Notes under the pieces: model-generated
Told to the model about the DNA's origin: nothing
Database searches by the model: none
The model's input: the letters and a program-made list of their open reading frames with translations, nothing else
Program-made: the position numbers and the translations under genes
Part shown: positions 28,897 to 40,512 of the stretch, piece after piece
Numbering within the stretch: position 1 is the stretch's first letter
How the letters are laid out: each line of letters starts with the position of its first letter
Assembly: GCA_964016885.1 (NCBI GenBank)
Contig: OZ024757.1
Coordinates: 16,182,001 to 16,246,000 of the forward strand
From: Eledone cirrhosa
Lineage: Eukaryota
Length of the DNA: 64,000 nucleotides
Direction of reading: 5' to 3'

Positions 28897-28978
28897 ACTT
28901 TCCTGACGACGGAATGCTTTTCAATATGTTCTTCGGAAAATATATTTACTCCATTCCAGAAACTAATTAGTTGGAAGT
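28897..28978 (+). ncRNA. Type I hammerhead ribozyme with extended stem II
   Basis: actttc-CTGACGA-c ggaatg...(cTTCGg hairpin)...cattcc a-GAAA-ctaattag-TT-ggaagt; all three stems pair. Confidence 0.75.
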
Positions 28979-29043
28979 GATATTTTAGTAAGTAAGTCAA
29001 TTTTATAATTTTTTTTATAATTTTATAATTTTCTTATCTTACG

Positions 29044-29097
<54 letters not shown>

Positions 29098-29099
<2 letters not shown>

Positions 29100-29250
29100 C
29101 GAAGGAAATGTGGTAAGGAACCAGATGGACCATAACGCACCAAAGTACTCAATACTTAGGGTAGTAGAGTGGGTAATAGGAACGAGTAGGACCCCGACGG
29201 CTGAGCCCAAGACGTTTCGATGGCTAATTCTGGACTAGTCCACTCGTTCC
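29098..29250. mobile_element. Family C element with collapsed short arm
   Basis: Same long arm as 53858 and 56411; (TA)n flanks. Confidence 0.85.
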
Positions 29251-29264
29251 TATATATATATATC

Positions 29265-29674
29265 TGGGAGAGATGACCCCTTAGACTTTGTCAAGGCAGA
29301 ATTCTAGGAGAAGGAAAACTCTGATATAACACCTGCAACCCTGATGGGATCCAATGATGTTGACTTGTTCTTCTTTTTGGTAAATATCATCTTGGTTAAG
29401 AGAGTGGGACTGGCTTTGTGCAGTGCCTTTGCTCACTATAAAAGCTTCACGGCACAGGCATTGCTTTATATCTGGAGATCTCTCTGCACTTGTCATCACA
29501 TGGTACCATGGGCCCGGCACTATGTGTCAATAATTGTCACAAGTGTAGTGTTTGTACCAGAGTTTTCAAGTCGCTGGCTGGACTGAAAGGTCACACACGT
29601 TCAGCGCATCGGTAGGGGTTCTCCTACATGGATATAAAGTAGCGGCCGTACTCAAAAACGAGTTGGCAGCCACC

Positions 29675-29675
<1 letters not shown>
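29265..29675. mobile_element. Unclassified (TA)n-flanked element (longer copy of 7281-7550)
   Basis: Inverted homology to 7281-7550; contains ctaggagaaggaaaactctga, reminiscent of RTE 5' regions. Confidence 0.7.
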
Positions 29676-29705
<30 letters not shown>

Positions 29706-29849
29706 TGGACATTGACTCTCACGTGCGTGCGTGTGTGTGAATTATTCTATGTTTTGTGTTTGATCACTACTGTCATATATATATATATATATATATATAT
29801 ACATTTCTCTTTAGAATGAAATTTTATACTTCTTACTTTTTTGGTCCCA

Positions 29850-30037
29850 AATAATTGTGTCTACTTTAGGCACAAGGGCAGCAATTACCCAGTGCATTAC
29901 TGGTACTTTATTTTATCGACCCCGTAAGGATGAAAGGCAAAGTCAACCTCGGTGGGATTTGAACTCAGATCGTAAAGGGACGTAACTATGCTGGAATACA
30001 TGGTGTCCGACCGTCTACCGATACTGCCAATCCACCA
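29850..30037 (-). mobile_element. SINE family 1 with TSD
   Basis: TSD tttggtcccaaataat on both sides. Confidence 0.9.
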
Positions 30038-30324
30038 TTTGGTCCCAAATAATAGGGGGGATTTCGCTTAAATTCTTATCAATAGGGCTTGAAATAAAGG
30101 GGGAAAAGAGTCGGTAATTGTATGGTGTACGTTAGAAAATATTGGATTTCTTGTAATGTAATTTTTTTTCTCATATATAATATTTGTTTTTTTTTAATGC
30201 AAAATAAAATAATTATTAGATTCTCCAGCAGCTGTATCGATATGAATCACTTACAAAAAAATGTCACCGGAGATAGCTTAGCAAAATTAAATAAAATAAT
30301 GGAGGGGGGTCTGAAAAATTAATT

Positions 30325-30945
30325 AATAATTGTTTCTACTTTTGGCACAAGACCAGCAAATACCTAGTGCATTACTGGCACTTTATTTTATCGACCCCGT
30401 AAGGATGAAAGGCAAAGTCAACCTCGGCGGGATTTGAACTCAGATCAGAAAGGGGCGTAAATGGTTTTGTTTTTGTTTTTAAGTGTCTAATATACTTTAT
30501 TTACAGTAATAATAATACATTTTTCTACTTTAGGCACAAGGCCAGCAATTTAAAGGGGAGGGGGAAAGTTGATTAAATTGACCCGAGTGTATTACCGGTG
30601 GTTTATTTATCGACCCCTTAAGGATGAAAGGCAAAGTTAACTTCGGCGGCATTTGAATTCAGAGCGTAAAGGGCCATAACTATGCTGCAAAGCATGGTTT
30701 CTGACGCTCTACTGATACTGTCAAGCCGCCGCCCTTTATTATATTATTATTATTGGTGGATTGGCAGTATCGGTAGAGGGTCGGACGCCATGCTTTCCAG
30801 CATAGTTACGTCCCTTTACGATCTGAGTTCAAATCCCGCCGAGGTTGACTTTGCCTTTCATCCTTACGGGGTCGATAAAATAAAGTACCAGTAATGCACT
30901 GGGTAATTGCTGGCCTTGTGCCTAAAGTAGAAACAATTATTATTA
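30325..30945. mobile_element. Cluster of three SINE family 1 copies (-, -, +)
   Basis: 30325-30460(-), 30515-30735(-), 30754-30945(+). Confidence 0.9.
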
Positions 30946-31149
30946 TTATTATTATTATTAACAATAACAATAATAATTTGGACATGGAAAATGCGATGAG
31001 GCAACTCTTAAAAGAGGAAAACTAGTTAAAAATACTAATATCATAGCAGATAAAGAAACTAAGATAAGAGAATTAGATCAAAGACATGGAAATATTTAGG
31101 AATCAATAAAATAGATAGCATTCAATACATAGATGAAAGATAAGATTAA

Positions 31150-32480
31150 AAAGGAATACTAGAGAGATATTAGATTAATGCCTAAAGCAGAACTAAATGT
31201 AATGAATGAGGTAACAGGTAACACTACTGCAGCGGTCCTAGTAATAAGCTACAGGTTTGATATTCTGAATCTATCTGTGTATGGTTCGGTAACTCCTGAT
31301 AGAGTCGTATGGACGCCATATTGACATACAGCGTTTCTTGGGCATTTTTAAGCCTGGCAGAGCTCATCCCTCTTCCAGGCCTGAGTACAGCAGATTTCTT
31401 CCGGAGGAAGATAGAAAGTGAAAGAGAGGAAATGAGAAAGATATATAGAAGAAAAGTCGAACCCAGTACTAGACTGGTACTTTTTTATCGACCTCGAAAG
31501 GAAGAAAGACAAAGTAGACCTTAGTGGGATTTGAACTCAGAGAGCAGAATGCCGGAACAAATACCATAAATCATTCTATACGACGTTCTAACGATTCTGC
31601 TAATTCGCAGACTAAACTGAAAAAGAAAGAGAAATAATTGTTTCTACTTTAGGCACAAGGCCAGCAATTACTCAGTACATTACTGGTACTTTATTTTATC
31701 GACCTCGTAAGGATGAAAGGCAAAGTTAACCTTGGCGGGATTTGAACTCAGATCGTAAAGGGACGTAACTATGTTGTAAAGCATGTCCAACCCACTACCA
31801 ATTCTGCCAAACCACCGCCGATGAGAAATAATGACTGCATTTAGAATACACCAACCGAAATCAGATATAGAAAGATTATATCTAGCACGATCCCAAGCAT
31901 TTAGGGGCTTCATGCAACTAGAAAACAATTATAAAATACGCATTGTAAGACTTCAAAAATATGTAATGAAGAATGATAGAAAGTTAATAGAAATAGCCAC
32001 GTTACATGTATAAAACAAAAGAGTAATTTTCTGTATTCAATGAAACCAACAAATTGAAACATATGCTGAATTGGCAGATAATTATGGAGAAAATCAAAAA
32101 GAATAAAGAAATAGAAAGAAGATAAAATTGCAATTGAAAACAGATCTCCAGAAGGCTATATGATAAAACGATGGCAAGAAGAAAACCCTTCTATATATAA
32201 ATTTGAGCGATTTCCATCCGTCCGTTCGTCACACACTAGAGATGATTGAGGAAGGAAGGGGTGATAACGTCACGCACAAGCGATGATTGAGGAAGGAAGG
32301 GGCGATGACGTCACGCACTAATTCTAGTATACGAAAAAGCTGAAAAGGGAGAAAGTGGATAAACAAAAATAAAAAAAAAATGTTTAAGAAGCACTGGACT
32401 AAAATCCGAGACTGAAGGATTTCTAATTGCAGCACAAGACCCAAGCCTACCCACCAGAAACCATTAAAAAATGCACAATG
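31150..32480 (+). pseudogene. Degraded R4/Dong-clade non-LTR retrotransposon, interrupted by SINEs
   Basis: KAELNVMNEVTG...VISYRFDILN; RIHQPKSDIERLYLARSQAFRGFMQLE; GLKSETEGFLIAAQDPSLPTRN, collinear post-RT motifs of R4/Dong ORFs. Confidence 0.8.
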
Positions 32481-32529
32481 CACAATGACACAGCAGAAGA
32501 TGTCGTGATAGAGAATAAACGATTACCCA

Positions 32530-33132
32530 ACAATGTTGGGAGGAGGGGAAAATCGATTAAATCGTCCTCGGTGTATAACTGGTACTTTATTTTACTGACC
32601 CTGTAAGGATGAAAGGCAAAGCTAACCTCAGCGGGATTTGAACTCAGAACGTAAAGGGCCGTAACTATATACGTGTTTTCTGATTTAGGTAGAAGGCCAG
32701 CAATTTTAGGGGAGGGAAAAGTTGGTTAATTCGACCCCAGTGCATTACTGGCGTTTTCTTTTATTGACCCCGTAAGAATGAAAAGAAAAGCCAGCCTCGG
32801 CGGGATTTGACTTCACAACGTAAAGGGCCGTAACTATAAGTCGCAATGCATGTTGTCCGACGCACTACCGATAATAATAATAATTGTTTCTACTTTAGGC
32901 ACAAGGCCAGCAATGACCCAGTGCATTACTGGTACTTTATTGTATCGACCCAGTAAGGATGAAAGGCAAAGTTAACCTCGGCGGGATTTGAACTCAGATT
33001 ATACAGGGAGGTAACTATGCTTCAAAGCATGGCATCCGATGGTTTCTGATTTAGGCACAAGGCCAGCAATTTTGGGAGAGGGGAAAGTCGATTAAATCGA
33101 CCCCAGTGTATTACTGATACTTTATTTTATCA
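32530..33132 (-). mobile_element. Four adjacent SINE family 1 copies or fragments
   Basis: Repeated aggatgaaaggcaaag..aacctcggcgggatttgaactc. Confidence 0.9.
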
Positions 33133-33181
33133 ATTTTAGCAAATGTACTGGGAGCAGCACTTCTCTCCCCCCCCCCCCCCC

Positions 33182-33590
33182 CTTACCTTCCTTTCCAAGT
33201 GAAACTTGAAGTTGATGAGGGATTGGCCGAAGAGAAAAGTCTGCGTCTTCAGTCCTTTCATCCTGGTCCACCATTCAACCTCTTTCGCAACTGCCACCAG
33301 ACAGAGGAATACTGCCTGCCCTTCCTGGCCAAAAGAAGGCGGCGGGTCGATCTTCACTATGGACTCGGCCGATAGCCGGATCCGTTCTACACGCGACGAC
33401 AGCTGTTCGATATAACTCCACAAGTCAGTAACGCACTGACATTGGACGAGTGTGTGCAGAATGTTTTAGTCGCTCTGCGCGCATCTCGGGCAGGTCCGTC
33501 TGACAACACTTCCGTGCCTGTAGAGTTTATCTCGAACCGGCAGTGCCCCCTGGTAGCACTGCCAAGCAAGGGATGAGAAGTTGTATGAGC
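33182..33590 (-). pseudogene. L1/Tx1-clade ORF2 C-terminal zinc-knuckle (zf-RVT-like) fragment
   Basis: SLAWQCYQGALPVRDKLYRHG...TCPRCAQSD*NILHTLVQC..VTDLWSYIEQL: CxxC...H...C motif with one stop codon. Confidence 0.8.
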
Positions 33591-33601
33591 ATAAGCCAAA
33601 G

Positions 33602-34050
33602 CCGGTGATAGAAAACGATCAAGTGAAGGATTTCAGGAAGAAATTAGAACACAATAAGCCTGGCCTGGGGGTTTTTGACAATGAAAAAAAATCGTGTCTG
33701 AGTAGATCTAGCCTACCCCTTTGAGACAAGAGTGCAAGAAAAGGAGAAGGAGAAAATTAACCGATACCAGGATTTAAAGTGGGAGTTTAAAAGAATTTGG
33801 GACCATCATGAGATCAAGGTCGTCCCGGTTGTCATAGGAGCACTAGGTACTATCCCAAATAGTTTTCAAGGATAGTTAAAGAACATTAGTCCAGTCGCCT
33901 TTTTTGGAACACTTCAAAAGGCATGCTTGCTGGGAACAGCAACAACCCTCCGATACGTCCTGAATATCTGAGGCTGCAGGTAGCGGCTTCATGTTCATTG
34001 GAACACATTTTCCAGTTAAATAACATTAATGACTGAGATAATAATAATAC
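33602..34050 (+). pseudogene. R4/Dong-clade 3' end with restriction-like endonuclease region
   Basis: EHNKPGL.VFDNEKKSC..VDLAYPFETRVQEKEKEKINRYQDLKWEFKRIW...KVVPVVIGALG...LQKACLLGTATTLRYVL*; ends in (TAA)n. Confidence 0.85.
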
Positions 34051-35494
34051 TGGAAATAATAATAACAACAACAATGCTTATCGGAGCTTAACATTACGTA
34101 TTTGTAGACAGCCCTCAATTTGTAGACAGCCCTCAATTTGTAGACATCCCTCAATTTGAATAGCGTCACGAAGCAATGAAATCTTAAATCTAGGTTGAGT
34201 TTAGGTTAATGGAGAATTTTGAATCAATTATGCTTACAGTGTTCAAATATTTGGGCGAGAAAAGCCAAGAAACAAACAAAGAAAAGAAATCAATATGAAA
34301 TATTTCAGATATTAGAGTTTGTTTCAGATTCGTTAACGGCAATTGGCACCTCACTGGAAATCCTTTCAGTCAAATAATTAAATTTAACATTATTATTAGA
34401 TACGCTTTGCTGAATTAACTAAATTTTACTTTCTCTCAATCAGCATTCGTTTTCTTTTGCTGTTCTCAGTATGGTTTAATGCCTGGAATATGTGAAAGGC
34501 GGATTTTATCGATAATATTCTAAAAGATTTTAACCCAGCGAGGTAGATCAACTTACTTAAACATGAACGAAGTATATGTAAACATTCCAGACAATTGTGA
34601 GTGATAATGTATCTCTTATGTCGCTTTCTAGCCAATATTTTTCTCCATACTTAAAGATGGTGGATTTGGAAGTAACGGTAGAGTGTCAGAGAAAATGCTT
34701 TGCGGTATTTATCATATATACTCAAATATAAACCGAGGAATATCGATGGTAGACGCGGAGTTGGCTTATATTCGGAGGTCAATATTTTGAAGATTTTCAC
34801 AAACGTACTGAGATCGGTTCTCCTTTCATCTTTGATTTTGTCACTTTCAGGGCCTAGGCTGCACCATGTTAAATTGTCCAAGACACTACACCATGCCCAA
34901 GACACGCCACGTTTAATATACCACCAGGAACTCAGGAGTCTTTCGTATCTTTAACTTCCCAGCTACTGCGGGTACTCATCTCAGATACGAGAGCAATGTG
35001 AAATAAAGTACTTTGCTCAAGAGGACAACGCAGGGATCGAATCGATGACATTACGATAGTGCGTCAAGTTTCCTACCCATTGTGCTAACTGGAACACGTG
35101 TGGTCGAAATCGATCGAGATCCAAGTACTTCTATTGTATAGCCCCGAAAATCGAATCATTTCCAATTCGAACTCAACTAAATAATTGTAAATAAAAAAAC
35201 ATCACTAAAGCGAATTTACTCAAAAACCCCATCTGCACCCAAAACAATAGTTAATCCAATGTTGATATATTTAATGTTATCAAATTTTCTTTTTAAATAC
35301 TCAAATATATTTCTGGGATAAAATTACATAAAAATGATAAAGAATTTAATATTTTGTTAAACATATAGAAAAAGAAAGTAGCATTGGAAATGACTATAAA
35401 TGCTATAAATGAGGGGAAAGGGAGGGAAAGAGCAAGGATTATTAGGCGACAAAATAAAGAAACGGGGAATGAAAGAGGGTGAGAGACTACACCT

Positions 35495-35660
35495 AGGTCA
35501 GAGCGATGTTTCCACTGCGCCCCGCGAACAAACTGGCAAAGGCCTTTCCACGGACAATGGTCAGCGACACCCGCTGCGAGAGCCACTCCACCTTACGGGG
35601 TTCCTCTACAGACGGGCTACTGTAGTTCCGATTTTATGGAGGAGGTCAGCTGTACGGGGA
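35495..35660 (-). pseudogene. CRE-like (RLE) non-LTR retrotransposon C-terminal fragment
   Basis: EPRKVEWLSQRVSLTIVRGKAFASL resembles the QR.S.A..RGNA terminal motif of CRE-clade ORFs. Confidence 0.6.
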
Positions 35661-36189
35661 CTGGAGCATAAATAAAGTAATTTAAAATACTTGAAATTTT
35701 TCTAATTCTCCTTGCGTATGCTACATTAATTATATTAACGCTAATTAATTTTGATAATTGCAGCATTCAAATTGTAAATGAGCTAATTATCAGTGATTAA
35801 CACTTTAATAAACACTACAGTAATCAAGGCTGCACTGATTAAAGCTGTACTAATTATCGTTGAGTAATTATCCAAACACCAATCAACACTACACTAATTA
35901 ACAATAATTAACAATAATTAACAATAATTAACATTACACTAACACTAATTCATATTGACACTGAAATAACTTAACTAGCAGTGTACGAATTAATACTACA
36001 CTAATTAACACTGAACTAATCAAAACCTATTAACAAAACATAAATTAACAGTAAATAATTAACTAATTATTACTACGGCAATTATCATTAACTATTAACT
36101 AAATCCACAGTACTAACATTAACGTGTACACTAAGTAACGTAACACTATCTGACACTGAACTGGTTAAAACTACACTAATTCGAGTTGT

Positions 36190-36632
36190 TCGAAGGTAGA
36201 CTGAAACGTCCACAGGCTGACTATGAAGGAGTGATGCTAGGGCTGTGAAATCTTGCATAGTAATAATTTCAAGTCTTCTTATTAATAACTACTTTGTTTA
36301 TTTCTAGGGAATATGTTGAAAAATAAACATCATTCAACCAGCTCTTGCAACTGCAAGAGCTCAACCGTCAGGCGAATGACTCTTTTATAATATAACTATA
36401 CTCTACTACACCAACAATCGGGTACTCTGTTGAGTGATGGTCTAACCAGTTTCAAACTGAATCCATCCTGATTTTATATATATGAGGAAGTGATGCTAGA
36501 GCTGTGAAATCTAGCATGGTAATAATTTCAAGTCGTCTTATTTCTTCCCAGTGACTATGTTAAAAAATAAGCCTCATTTGGTTATTCCACGAGAGTATCT
36601 TGGTCAGCCTATCAACTTCTCAACACTCGTGT
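36190..36632 (+). mobile_element. Two mariner MITE pieces flanking a PLE-like fragment (36340-36478)
   Basis: ggctgactatgaaggagtgatgctag motifs; inner fragment homologous to the reverse complement of 55335-55390. Confidence 0.7.
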
Positions 36633-36649
36633 GCGAGTGAATATGTGTA

Positions 36650-36708
<59 letters not shown>

Positions 36709-36714
36709 GAACAA

Positions 36715-36920
36715 TCGACTTTCGTCAAATCGAGCCGAGGGAACAATGTTTCCGTTGGTCTTTCCAATTGCTAATACTATCTATCGGTCGCGGCTCCAGG
36801 TAGAAGGAGCAACGTGAAATAAAGTGTCTTGCTCAAGGACATAACGCATCGCCTGGTCCAGGAATCGAACTCACAACCTTACGATTGCGAATCCAATTCT
36901 CTAATTACTCAGCCACACGC
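36715..36920 (-). mobile_element. CORE-type SINE family 2 with tail
   Basis: Near-identical to 45850-46060. Confidence 0.8.
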
Positions 36921-36942
36921 TATATAAACATATATACACACA

Positions 36943-37064
<122 letters not shown>

Positions 37065-37096
37065 TTAAAAGAATAGAGGTGTAACACACAAGTTAT

Positions 37097-37474
37097 TATA
37101 TATTGGTAAACGGAATAGAAAATGCTGACAAATTGTTCACAGTTGAAAAATGGTTTAATTAGGAATAAAAGAGTATTAGTGATTGTATGGGTTAGTATTC
37201 AGTTGTGGTTTTAAGTTTTTACCGGTTGCGCATTTCTAAATGCTTTTCAAAAATAATTTTGAGATAGAGTGTCCGTGCTGTTTGCTCTGATCTGAGCAAA
37301 CAGCACGGACACTCTATCTCAAAATTATTTTTGAAAAGCATTTAGAAATGCGCAACCGGTAAAAACTTAAAACCACAACTGAATACTAACCCATACAATC
37401 ACTAATACTCTTTTATTCCTAATTAAACCATTTTTCAACTGTGAACAATTTGTCAGCATTTTCTATTCCGTTTA

Positions 37475-37484
<10 letters not shown>
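37097..37484. mobile_element. 388-bp near-perfect palindrome (about 191-bp arms) in (TA)n, PLE-like
   Basis: Arms 37097-37287 and 37294-37484 are reverse complements; spacer tgatct. Confidence 0.9.
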
Positions 37485-37545
<61 letters not shown>

Positions 37546-37559
37546 ACACGCGCAAACGC

Positions 37560-37757
37560 AAGAGAGTCGGTTGAAAACAGGGTGACTATGAAGGAGTGAT
37601 GCTAGAGCTGACAAATCTTGTATGGTAATAATTTCAAGTCTTCTTATTAACAACTGCATTGTTTCCTTTCAGGGACTATGTTGAAAAATATACCTCATTT
37701 GGTCATTCCATGAGAGTATCTTGGTCAGCCTATGAACTTTTAAGTTGGCCATCGTAC
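37560..37757 (+). mobile_element. Mariner-derived MITE
   Basis: Consensus match with 3' TIR gtcagcctatgaacttttaagttggccatcgTA. Confidence 0.85.
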
Positions 37758-37946
37758 TAATTAGCACGGATTAACAATGTACGGATTAACTACACGAATT
37801 ATACTAGATGAATTAATACTAATTAAGTAGTAAACTAATTACGACAGAAATCGTTAACTTAAGTAAAATATTATTTTAAGTACACGGTTGATATATTTAT
37901 ATGGGTATAATTCACAGACATGTATATATATATATATACGTATATA

Positions 37947-38108
37947 CAGTCGTTTCGACCGCTGGGTCCGAACTGATCTAGCTGTCGAAATGGCCGGAGC
38001 TCTTCCGTCGGGGTTCTGACTCTTCTCCTATTACCCACTACTACCCTAAGTATTGAGTTCTCTGGTGCGTTACGCTCCACTTGGTATCTTGACCACATCC
38101 TCTTTGTG

Positions 38109-38146
<38 letters not shown>

Positions 38147-38182
38147 CAAAGAGTGTGTGGTCAAGATACCAGGTGGAACGAC
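37947..38182. mobile_element. Diverged family C element
   Basis: gtcgaaatggccggagctcttccgtcgggg...ccctaagtattgagttctctggtgcg. Confidence 0.75.
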
Positions 38183-38354
38183 CGTATATACGTATATATA
38201 TATACATGTCTGAGAGAGAGAGAGAGAGAGATGGCTTCTAAGATGCTATAAAATCGCTTATAGCAGCTCCGCGCCTGAGCAGACCACTCTTTATCTCTTT
38301 ATGTTAGCTTTATCCCCTCAGCGCTTCGCAAAAGTCCGAGAGATGGCCTATGTA

Positions 38355-38398
<44 letters not shown>

Positions 38399-38910
38399 CA
38401 TATGCACACTGCGTATATACACATGCACACATACCATCATCCTCGTTTTCGTCCGTTTTTCAAAGCTGCATGGGTTGCACCTATATATATTTATTTATGT
38501 ACGTAAATTATATCAATTAGATTAGATGAGTTTATGCATAAATGCATACATATACACATACACTACATACATACACATACATAAATACATACATATACAC
38601 ATACATAAATACATACATACATACATACATGCATACATACATACATACATACACACACACATACATACACACCTACATACATACACTATACACTACATAC
38701 ATACATACACACACATACACACACTACACGTACAATACGTACATACGTATATACATACACACACATACATAAACACACACACAGTAGACATATTCAAACA
38801 CACATACATACATACATACACACACACATCAGCAGGAATGTAGAGTTACATGGAGATAAGAAATAATCCAGGATCTTGAGTGAAAGGTCATTTGATGCAG
38901 TGTTGCAGCT

Positions 38911-39700
38911 GTAAACACGGTGCTGTAAAACTCATGCTACTATATACAGTATGCAGCAGTGGTAAACACGGTGCTGTAAAACTTATGCTACTATATACAG
39001 TATGCAGCAGTGGTAAACACGGTGCTGTAAAACTTATGCTACTATATACAGTATGCAGCAGTGGTAAACACGGTGCTGTAAAACTTATGCTACTACAGAC
39101 AGTATGCAGCAGTGGTAAACACGGTGCTGTAAAACTTATGCTACTATATACAGTATGCAGCAGTGGTAAACACGGTGCTGTAAAACTTATGCTACTATAT
39201 ACAGTATGCAGCAGTGGTAAACACGGTGCTGTAAAACTTATGCTACTATATACAGTATGCAGCAGTGGTAAACACGGTGCTGTAAAACTTATGCTACTAT
39301 ATACAGTATGCAGCAGTGGTAAACACGGTGCTGTAAAACTTATGCTACTATATACAGTATGCAGCAGTGGTAAACACGGTGCTGTAAAACTTATGCTACT
39401 ATATACAGTATGCAGCAGTGGTAAACACGGTGCTGTAAAACTTATGCTACTATATACAGTATGCAGCAGTGGTAAACACGGTGCTGTAAAACTTATGCTA
39501 CTATATACAGTATGCAGCAGTGGTAAACACTGTGCTCTAAAACTTATGCTACTATATACAGTATGCAGCAGTGGTAAACACGGTGCTGTAAAACTTATGC
39601 TACTATATACAGTATGCAGCAGTGGTAAACACGGTGCTGTAAAACTTATGCTACTATATACAATATGCAGCAGTGGTAAACACGGTGCAGTTTTAGACAG
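38911..39700. repeat. Homogeneous 51-bp tandem array (about 15.5 copies) with degenerate flank to about 40510
   Basis: Unit gtaaacacggtgctgtaaaacttatgctactatatacagtatgcagcagtg. Confidence 0.95.
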
Positions 39701-40512
39701 TATGCAGTAGCGGTAAACAATATACAGCTGCAACAGCAGGTTGTGTAGAAGCTGTAAACATTGTGCAACTATAGATTTTATTGTGCAGTAGCGGCAAACA
39801 CTGCAGCTGCACATGTTATTGTGCAGTAGCGGCAAACACTGCAGTTGCATATATTATACAGTAGCGGCAAACACTGCAGTTGCACATGTTATGCAGTAGC
39901 GTTAAACACTGAACAGTTTTAGATGTTATTCTACAGTTGCAGTAAAGACTGCAGCTGTAGATGTTATAGTGCAATAGCGGTAAATATTGTGCAGCTGTAG
40001 ATGTTATATTTCAGTAGGTAGAAGTAAACACCGAGACAGCAGTGGATGTTATGTTGCAGTTGTAGATGTGCAACAGTTGGTATTGTGCAGTTGTAAACAA
40101 TGAAGCAGCTGTAGGCTGTGTGCAGATGTAAACACTGAAGCAACCATAAATGCTATGGTGCAGACACAAAAGCTATGCAGTTGCAGATGACATATTGCAG
40201 TAGCTGTATTGAAGTTGTAAATTTTGCGTAGGTGTTGGTAGCGTGTAGCTATGTCAGAGTGCAGCCTTGGATGTTGTGCTCCAGTAAGTAACGTGTAATT
40301 GTAAACAATGTGCAGTTGTAGATGATATCCAACAGATGCCAGTGTGCAGCAGTGATCTGTGTGTAAACACCTGTAAATATTATGCTGCAGTAATAATCAA
40401 CGTACACCTGCATATATTGTATGTACAGCATTAGAGGCCATGCAGGTGCAGAAGTGTTGCTGCACTAAACAGTGTGTGATAGTATGCAACTGTGCAGCAT
40501 TATTATATTGCA

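Noticed and set aside
35690-36180. TAAT-rich region as a homeodomain enhancer
   Set aside because: Degenerate ttaacac/ctaatt low-complexity repeat explains the motif density
38880-39850. 276-aa and 320-aa repeat-protein ORFs
   Set aside because: Product of a 51-bp unit without stops; no unique coding flanks
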